This document shows positions 57,862 to 64,000 of a DNA stretch of 64,000 nt, piece after piece. The stretch is from positions 8,992 to 72,991 of the forward strand of contig JAGGVC010000104.1 of NCBI GenBank assembly GCA_021158185.1, given 5' to 3'. Numbering within the stretch: the first letter of the stretch is position 1; every line of letters begins with the position of its first letter. The translations under genes were made by a program, and so were the position numbers. Below the pieces are notes generated by a model. That model saw only the letters and a program-made list of their open reading frames with translations. It did not search any database and was not told the origin of the DNA. The DNA comes from a bacterium. GTDB taxonomy: Bacteria > 4484-113 > JAGGVC01.

Positions 57862-59148
57862 TTAACCTGATTTCAGAAATAGCCACAAAACGAGTATCAG
57901 AACAAGTACGGCGATAGAATTCACGATTATATAAACGAGGGGAATCGCCGGATTCGACGCTATCCTCCCCGTGCGCTTGAGTTCGTTGAAAAACTCGGAG
58001 CGTTTAAGGAGTTTTAGCCCGCAGCGTACGCAGTATTCATCCTTCTGGGAATTCTCCATTCCGCATTCTGTACAGTAAACCGGCTTGCCCAGGTCATACC
58101 CCGCAGCCGGTCTTCCTTCCGGCAAATCTGGAACAGCCCCGACTTCACCCTTGGCCTGCTGCCTTTTAATATAAAGAGGGATTCGCTCGCCGTCGCCGGC
58201 AGCATCTGCCGTTAACCCGCCAGTTCCCGCATCGGCTGATACTTGCCCACCCAGAGCACCGCCAATCGTTATGTTCTTGATGCGCTCTTCCTGCTCGATC
58301 CTTGCAAGCGCGGTCGAAAAATCAGTCGCGCGCTCGTATCTGTTTTCAGGTTTCTTTGATAGCGATCTAAAAAGAATCGGCTCTATCGCCCGCGGAAGTT
58401 CTGGATTGTATATCAGCGGGCTTGCCGGATGAACGTGCGTGATGTTGTACATCGTCTGCGCGATATCCTTGCCCTCAAACGGCTTCCTGCGCGTAAGAAG
58501 CTCGTATGTGACAACGCCCAGGCTGAAAATATCCGACTGCGAGCCGATTCTTGCCTTGTGGCTTCCCAAAATCTGCTCCGGCGACATGTAGTTGGGCGTC
58601 CCTACGATGCTTCCTTCCTGCGAAAGCGTTGCATCCTCGGATATTTTCACGATTCCGAAGTCGGTGATGAATATCCGCCCCTCAGCGGTTCGCACGATGT
58701 TCGCAGGCTTAATGTCCCTGTGCACGATACCGAGCGAATGTATCGCATCGAGCCCCTCCGCGACCTGGAGGACGATATCGGAAACATCCGCGAGCGTAAA
58801 ATGCGTTCCGAGTTCGAGAAGCTCCTTCAGGTTCGTTCCCTCGATGAACTCCATCGCGATGAAATGACGCCCGGCGTCATCTCCCGCGTCGTATATGTCG
58901 ATAACGTGGCGATTGTCGATGCGGGATGCAGCCTTTGCTTCGGTTTCAAACCTGAGAAGAAGCTCTTTTATCTGTCCATCTGCAAGGTCAGCCTCGGCTT
59001 CCGGTCGGAAAACTTTCACGGCAACACGCCGGTTATGTGCGGCATCCCAAGCGTCATAGACAACGGCCATTGCACCCCGGCCTACAATTCCCCTAACTTC
59101 GTAAGAGCCGATTCGCGAGGGCAAACTGTCCTTGCTGATACTCATCAT
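57862..59148 (-). CDS. Serine/threonine protein kinase (Hanks-type) with a C-terminal zinc-ribbon and a transmembrane anchor.
   Basis: GRGAMAVVY (Gly loop), VAVK, HRDIKPANI, DFG, the APE-like SPEQ, then CTECG...CVRCG, and a terminal hydrophobic helix. Confidence 0.85.
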   Translation of the reverse strand: MMSISKDSLPSRIGSYEVRGIVGRGAMAVVYDAWDAAHNRRVAVKVFRPEAEADLADGQIKELLLRFETEAKAASRIDNRHVIDIYDAGDDAGRHFIAMEFIEGTNLKELLELGTHFTLADVSDIVLQVAEGLDAIHSLGIVHRDIKPANIVRTAEGRIFITDFGIVKISEDATLSQEGSIVGTPNYMSPEQILGSHKARIGSQSDIFSLGVVTYELLTRRKPFEGKDIAQTMYNITHVHPASPLIYNPELPRAIEPILFRSLSKKPENRYERATDFSTALARIEQEERIKNITIGGALGGQVSADAGTGGLTADAAGDGERIPLYIKRQQAKGEVGAVPDLPEGRPAAGYDLGKPVYCTECGMENSQKDEYCVRCGLKLLKRSEFFNELKRTGRIASNPAIPLVYIIVNSIAVLVLILVLWLFLKSG

Positions 59149-59262
59149 GCCATTATATCGCTCTTAGGAATTGGCGCGTTGCTTTGGGTTAATAGATGTG
59201 CATCTGACTATTGAGAATTAAGCAGAATCGCGCGGAAAACACTGTGGCAAGTTAGAAGATAA

Positions 59263-59335
<73 letters not shown>

Positions 59336-59433
59336 AGGCGGAACAATTATAACAGAATACAATTTTTGAAAAACCTAATCAAGCGCAAAGGCAAATTACT
59401 TTGCTCACAAGAAATGGAGATTTGCGAAATTAC

Positions 59434-59457
59434 CGTTATGAGCATATACTCATAACG
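59434..59457. promoter_or_regulatory. Perfect 9-bp inverted repeat with a 6-bp spacer (CGTTATGAG-catata-CTCATAACG), in the divergent region between the tRNA-Lys/kinase genes and the DUF134 gene. Candidate operator.
   Basis: Read directly from the sequence. It lies 118 nt upstream of the DUF134-NifX-like ATG and about 45 nt upstream of a TTGACA -35-like box (59503..59508). Confidence 0.4.
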
Positions 59458-59574
59458 TGGCTCGGTGGATGCCACCATTGAATCAGCGTGTAAAAGTTGG
59501 TTTAACTTGACAGTAAGGAATCGGGCTATATTCAATCAGAAATGAGTTATAGCATCTGTAAATAGGGCACACGT

Positions 59575-60435
59575 ATGGCGAGACCAAAACTGCCTAGAAG
59601 GATTTCTGGAAGCTTCGGATGTCGCAGATTCGCGATTCCGGGGCGCGCGGTCGGTGCAGTGCCGCGTGTCACGCTGACGCCAGGCGAGGTCGAGGCGATG
59701 CGACTTGCTGATGTTGAGGGCTTGTGTCACGAGAAGGCCGGGGCGTCAATGAGGGTAAGCAGGGCTACATTCGGAAGGATTCTATCCGTAGCCCGAAACA
59801 AGGTTGCGCTCGCGATAGTTGAGGGATTTGCAATCGAAATCTCCGATGTGCAAGTCAGAGAAAGGAACACTACGCCGTCAACGGGCGGTATCAGGAGGAA
59901 AAAAATGAGAAGAATTGCTGTTGCAACGAACGACGGGAAAACCGTGGCTTTTCATGTAGGCCGCGCCAAGATGTTCGCCATCTATACGGTGGATGAAGGA
60001 AAAGCTGTGAAGCTAGAGAATATTGCCAATACGTTCACGATGCACGGTCAAGGCGCAGGTGGACACGGACACGGCGGGGAACGCGCTGGTCAGGGACTCG
60101 GGCTTGGTGCTGGAAGAGGGCAAGGAGCAAGCGCAGGATCGTGGCGTGGCGCCGGGCGCGGCCAGACTTCTGAAGGCATCAAGGGAGTTGGGCAGGAAAG
60201 TCATACCGGAAGCCACGGCGGGCTTTTTGCGGTTCTCAAGGATCATGACTGCGAGGCGCTAATCACCCGCGGGCTGGGGCCGCGCATCGTGCAGAACCTT
60301 AACGCAGCAGGCATCACGCCAATAATCTGTGCCGAGGAGAGCATTGAAGACGCCGCAGACCATTATGCGCAGGGCACGCTTGAAGAGGGCGATCTTGAAG
60401 ATGCCTACAAAGAGTATGGGGACGACGACGAATAA
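59575..60435 (+). CDS. Fusion protein: an N-terminal DUF134 (UPF0251) predicted DNA-binding domain plus a C-terminal NifX/NifB-type (dinitrogenase FeMo-cofactor-binding fold) domain that contains a roughly 55-aa Gly/His/Arg/Gln-rich insertion.
   Basis: The DUF134 part reads MARPKLPRRISGSFGCRRF...LTPGEVEAMRLADVEGL...RVSRATFGRILSVARNKVALAIVEG. The NifX-like part reads MRRIAVATNDGKTVAFHVGRAKMFAIYTV...LITRGLGPRIVQNLNAAGITPII. Between them lies HGQGAGGHGHGGERAGQGLGLGAGRGQGASAGSWRGAGRGQ...HTGSHGG. Confidence 0.75.
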   Translation: MARPKLPRRISGSFGCRRFAIPGRAVGAVPRVTLTPGEVEAMRLADVEGLCHEKAGASMRVSRATFGRILSVARNKVALAIVEGFAIEISDVQVRERNTTPSTGGIRRKKMRRIAVATNDGKTVAFHVGRAKMFAIYTVDEGKAVKLENIANTFTMHGQGAGGHGHGGERAGQGLGLGAGRGQGASAGSWRGAGRGQTSEGIKGVGQESHTGSHGGLFAVLKDHDCEALITRGLGPRIVQNLNAAGITPIICAEESIEDAADHYAQGTLEEGDLEDAYKEYGDDDE

Positions 60436-60487
60436 GCAGGAAACGCAGGCTGTCTGCCGGTTTGCAGATTTAGAGAATGGCGCTATG

Positions 60488-61594
60488 TCACTGCAGGAAG
60501 ACCTTTAAAGGTTTGACGCGCCAAAGACCGGGGCGGTTCTGCCATTCGGAGGCAGTGCATTTTGCAACCAGTCGCCCGTTATCGAGAACAGCGAAAACGT
60601 CTTCAGGGGGCAACTGGTTATCTAGGATATTATCCGGCAAGCGGTGTGCAAGTACATTGACGTAATTCCCACTTGAGAGCGCTCTGGCTTCCTCCAGGTA
60701 CACGTTAAGCCGCATCGCATCCGGGATTACAGTTGACATTGGCAAAAGATACTTATCGAGCGCGGCGGTTCGATCATTCTCCAGTGCGCAAGCAAGTTCA
60801 TCCAGCGACACTGCGTCCGCGTATCCAAACGGCCCCACGCGCGTTCTCGTCAGGCTTGCGATAAGCCCGCCTGTTTCAACTATGTTTCCAATGTCGCGCG
60901 CGATCGCGCGCACGTACGTTCCGGTTTCGCAATCAAGATAAATCTCGGCGATGAGAACAGCATCGTTGGTTTCAATCGGCGTATCGAGCGAAAGCGCAGG
61001 AAGGCCAAAATCCTCTGAAGCGTTCACATTCGGTAGAGCGGGATCATCCAGCACTTCAAGGTCACCGTTGTGAATAAGCATAAACCGAGTGAATTCAAAC
61101 CTGTGAACGAAGACCTTGCGCGGCTTAAGCTCCACTTTTTCCTGTTCGAGTTCATAGCGATAGAGTTCCTTGCCATCGATCTTGATATTCGAATACGCCG
61201 GTGGAATCTGTTCGATTTCACCTGTGAATTCAGAAGCGGATTCGAGAGCGCGGCGCGCGATGTCAAGAGATGTTTTCCTGTCGGTAGGCATGTTTACGAT
61301 CTTAGTTTCACTGCCGAGATCGAGCGTGGGACTGGTTATTCCAAGCGCGATCCACGCGAAGTAGTCTTTCGAATAACTTGAAAGAACATCAAACAGTTTC
61401 GTTGCCTTTCCGATTCCGAGCGGCAGTACTCCTCGCGCGGGCTTGTCGATTACGCCCGCGTGTCCGATTCTCGTTTTTTTGCCGAGAAGCGGCCTGATCC
61501 GCCGAATCACGTCATAACTCGTGATATATGGCGGCTTGATTACGTTGAAAAAACCATCGCCCAGAATATTCATGGAAGCCGGATTATACAGCAT
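60488..61594 (-). CDS. truB: tRNA pseudouridine(55) synthase TruB with a C-terminal PUA-like extension.
   Basis: NVIKPPYITSYDVIRRIR...GHAGVIDKPARGVLPLGIGKATKL (catalytic Asp), IPPAYSNIKIDGKELY, CETGTYVRAIARDIG. Confidence 0.85.
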   Translation of the reverse strand: MLYNPASMNILGDGFFNVIKPPYITSYDVIRRIRPLLGKKTRIGHAGVIDKPARGVLPLGIGKATKLFDVLSSYSKDYFAWIALGITSPTLDLGSETKIVNMPTDRKTSLDIARRALESASEFTGEIEQIPPAYSNIKIDGKELYRYELEQEKVELKPRKVFVHRFEFTRFMLIHNGDLEVLDDPALPNVNASEDFGLPALSLDTPIETNDAVLIAEIYLDCETGTYVRAIARDIGNIVETGGLIASLTRTRVGPFGYADAVSLDELACALENDRTAALDKYLLPMSTVIPDAMRLNVYLEEARALSSGNYVNVLAHRLPDNILDNQLPPEDVFAVLDNGRLVAKCTASEWQNRPGLWRVKPLKVFLQ

Positions 61595-61741
61595 TATATG
61601 CCAAGCGGTGATGTGTGTGAGCTTTATCGAAAAGGCATTCTGTTAGGCTTGAGCATTATCGGTCTGCAATCCCGTATCACCATTTCCCAAGCTTTGTTAC
61701 AATCATTGCGTCAGCATAATCCATGTAAGGAGCGTTTGCCA

Positions 61742-62815
61742 ATGACAGGATTCACTCCGCCCGGCGGAATGCCCGTTGATTTAAGAAGCGATACCGTAAC
61801 CAAGCCCGTGCCCGCGATGTACGAGGCAATGATGAACGCGTCTATAGGCGATGATGTTCTTGGGGATGACCCGACCACAATCGAGCTTCAGGAACGCGTT
61901 TCAGCGCTTCTCGGCAAAGAAGCGGCGCTGTTTACGCCAAGCGGTACGATGGCAAACCAGATTGCGCTGAAGGTTCACACGAGACCCGGCGATGCCGTAA
62001 TCTGCGAAGAAGGCTGCCATATCCTCAACTACGAAGGCGGGGCGCCTGCGGCCGTAAGCGGCGTTATCTTGCGAACCATTCCCGGCAATCACGGTATGAT
62101 TACTGCAGAACAAGTCAGAGACAAAATGACGCCGCAAGACAGTCACTTTCCCCGCATCTCCCTCGTCGAAATCGAGAACACACACAACAGGGCAGGCGGG
62201 GCGATTTTTCCGCAGTCGGAGGTACTGGCCATCAGGGATTTGTGCAATGAACAGGGGATGATGCTTCATCTCGACGGCGCGCGCATATGGAACGCGCATA
62301 TCGCAACCGGAATTCCGCTCGATGAACTTGCAGCGCCCGCGGATACGGTCATTGTCTGTCTTTCAAAGGGGCTTGGCTGTCCCGTCGGGTCGGTCCTGGC
62401 AGGCACGAAGGATCACATGAAGTACGCTCACCGAATCAGAAAATATCTTGGCGGCGGGATGCGGCAGGTCGGAATTCTCGCAGGAGCAGGGCTTTTTGCA
62501 TTAGAAAACCACATCGAAAGGCTTGCGGAGGATCACGAACGTGCACGGTTACTATACAAGGCGTTTACAGAGTTTCCAGGCGTATTCCCTATCGAGCCGG
62601 ATACCAGTATTCTCATAGTCGAGTTCGATAAATTGATGTACGATCCTGAACTCATTCGCCAGGCGCTCGAAAGACGCTCTGTGCGCTGCCTTGCGATAAG
62701 CCCGACTCGTATTCGCCTTGTAACACATCTCGATATAAGCTGGGAGCAGGCGGTGTATGCAGGCGATATGATCAGGGACGTTCTAGGCGGGATGAGCGAG
62801 ACTGCATCCGATTAG
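61742..62815 (+). CDS. ltaE: Low-specificity L-threonine aldolase (PLP-dependent).
   Basis: VDLRSDTVTKP, GDDVLGDDPTT, TPSGTMANQ, and a Lys in the SKGLGCPVGS context. The track ORF begins at 61460, inside truB on the other strand. I took the ATG at 61742, which has a TAAGGAG Shine-Dalgarno. Confidence 0.85.
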   Translation: MTGFTPPGGMPVDLRSDTVTKPVPAMYEAMMNASIGDDVLGDDPTTIELQERVSALLGKEAALFTPSGTMANQIALKVHTRPGDAVICEEGCHILNYEGGAPAAVSGVILRTIPGNHGMITAEQVRDKMTPQDSHFPRISLVEIENTHNRAGGAIFPQSEVLAIRDLCNEQGMMLHLDGARIWNAHIATGIPLDELAAPADTVIVCLSKGLGCPVGSVLAGTKDHMKYAHRIRKYLGGGMRQVGILAGAGLFALENHIERLAEDHERARLLYKAFTEFPGVFPIEPDTSILIVEFDKLMYDPELIRQALERRSVRCLAISPTRIRLVTHLDISWEQAVYAGDMIRDVLGGMSETASD

Positions 62816-62838
62816 CCTCGAATAATCGGCTGGTAATA

Positions 62839-64000
62839 ATGATTCGATACCGGGTAAGCATTACAGGAATTGTACAGGGCGTGGGTTTTCGGCCACACGT
62901 TCACAAGCTCGCTGAGGAATTCGGCATTTTCGGCTGGGTGCTCAATAATTCGAGCGGTGTAACGATGGAGATCGAACCGCCGTCCGGTCAGGGCAGGGCG
63001 CATCTGGACAGGTTTCTTTCTGCTCTGGTTGATGATAAACCACCGCTTTCAAGGATTCTGACGCTCGAAATATCCGAGCTTCCGCCGGTCGGATTCACTG
63101 AATTCGGGATAAGGAAAAGTGAGCGAATTGCAGGGGAATTGACGCTTATTAGCCCCGATGTTGCTATCTGTGATGACTGCAAGCGCGAGCTGTTTGACGA
63201 GAGCGACCGACGTTACGAATATCCTTTCATAAACTGCACGAACTGCGGACCGAGATATACGATCATTAGGAACATTCCGTATGACCGAGCGATGACCACG
63301 ATGGCGTCCTTCGAGATGTGCCCCGACTGTGAAAGGGAATATCGGGACGTGGAAGACAGGAGATACCACGCACAGCCGGATTGCTGTTGGGATTGCGGCC
63401 CGCACGTCGAATATTTGCGGGTTGAGAGCATGAATTGCGCTGACGAAAAAGACGCGATGACGCAAGCGTCATATGATTTGAGCCGCGGCCTGATCGTCGG
63501 AATCAAAGGGCTTGGCGGGTTTCATCTGGCCTGCGATGCAAAGAATGCAGATGCCATCGAGACGCTTCGTAAAAGGAAGCGGCGTGCATTCTCGAAGCCG
63601 TTTGCGATTATGGTAAGGGATATCAGTGCTGCAAAAGCGATCTGCGATGTGAACGATGCCGAGGCGAAGCTTCTCGAATCCGGCGCATCGCCGATTGTTC
63701 TGCTTCGGCGGAAAGCTCTCAACCCTCATCTTGTATGTTCGGAAGTTGCGCCTGGGCAGAACAGACTTGGCGTGATGCTTGCTTACACCCCGCTTCACCT
63801 CGTGCTTTTCAAGAAACTCGAAGAAATGAACAACAAAGATGCAGGCAACATGCCGGTGCTTGTTATGACGAGCGGGAATATCAGCGAAGAGCCGCTTGTT
63901 GCCAACAATGATGAAGCGATAGAGAAGTTGTCGGAGCTTGCTGACGGCTTTCTCGTTCACAACCGCGAGATTCATGCCAAGTGCGATGATTCGGTGGCGC
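62839..64000 (+). CDS. hypF: [NiFe]-hydrogenase maturation carbamoyltransferase HypF. The N-terminal roughly 387 aa are present and the gene runs off the 3' end of the window.
   Basis: This gene is not in the ORF track because it has no stop within the window. The translation gives an acylphosphatase domain (VQGVGFRPHVHKLAEEFGIFGWVLNNSSGV), two Zn-finger CxxC pairs (CDDC...CTNCGPRY, CPDC...CWDCGP), and a YrdC-like domain (GIKGLGGFHLACDA). Confidence 0.9.
   Translation, partial: MIRYRVSITGIVQGVGFRPHVHKLAEEFGIFGWVLNNSSGVTMEIEPPSGQGRAHLDRFLSALVDDKPPLSRILTLEISELPPVGFTEFGIRKSERIAGELTLISPDVAICDDCKRELFDESDRRYEYPFINCTNCGPRYTIIRNIPYDRAMTTMASFEMCPDCEREYRDVEDRRYHAQPDCCWDCGPHVEYLRVESMNCADEKDAMTQASYDLSRGLIVGIKGLGGFHLACDAKNADAIETLRKRKRRAFSKPFAIMVRDISAAKAICDVNDAEAKLLESGASPIVLLRRKALNPHLVCSEVAPGQNRLGVMLAYTPLHLVLFKKLEEMNNKDAGNMPVLVMTSGNISEEPLVANNDEAIEKLSELADGFLVHNREIHAKCDDSVA

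Noticed and set aside
59196-59207. An AGATG-TG-CATCT short dyad downstream of tRNA-Lys.
   Set aside because: The stem is only 5 bp with no following U-tract on the relevant strand. It is too weak to call a terminator or operator.
58429-59214. A 261-aa plus-strand ORF inside the Ser/Thr kinase gene.
   Set aside because: It is fully antisense to a well-supported kinase with canonical motifs. It has no motifs or translation signals of its own.

Overview
This is a 64 kb stretch of bacterial chromosome, moderately GC-rich by eye, densely packed with about 50 protein-coding genes on both strands. I found two tRNA genes, tRNA-Leu(UAG) and tRNA-Lys(CUU), both on the minus strand. No rRNA, CRISPR array, transposase, integrase or phage genes are recognisable. 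Most of the content is core housekeeping: DNA repair and recombination (mutL, cinA-recA-rny, yebC-ruvC-ruvA, lexA divergent from uvrC, ligA, nth), chromosome partition (rsmG-parA-parB), rex, ndk, purA, rpiB, rimO, rlmN, truB, murB, ltaE, and a partial hypF at the 3' edge. The parts that look accessory or novel are listed here. (1) A three-gene redox operon at the 5' edge: a NuoF-like NADH module fused to a GltD-like FAD subunit, then a 2Fe-2S/4Fe-4S ferredoxin, then a standalone GltB-domain-2 FMN protein. (2) A pair of very large paralogous lipoproteins (1374 and 864 aa) that share an N-terminal dockerin-like double calcium-loop module plus a fibronectin-III domain, and carry long C-terminal regions of unknown function; the first also has a PQQ-type beta-propeller. 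They sit next to sugar-nucleotide and deacetylase genes. (3) An intact subtilase homologue in which every catalytic residue is replaced (D to S, H to I, N to D, S to A), fused to PKD domains. (4) A MoxR, DUF58, transglutaminase-like triad. (5) A DUF134 DNA-binding protein fused to a NifX/NifB-like domain that contains a roughly 55-aa Gly/His/Arg-rich insertion. A perfect 9-bp inverted repeat lies in its promoter region. (6) A recurring leaderless promoter layout, with a TATAAT-like -10 box 6-10 nt before the start codon, at mutL, uvrC, ligA, lexA, rimO and a polysaccharide deacetylase gene. All protein calls rest on motif recognition by eye. No database search was possible.
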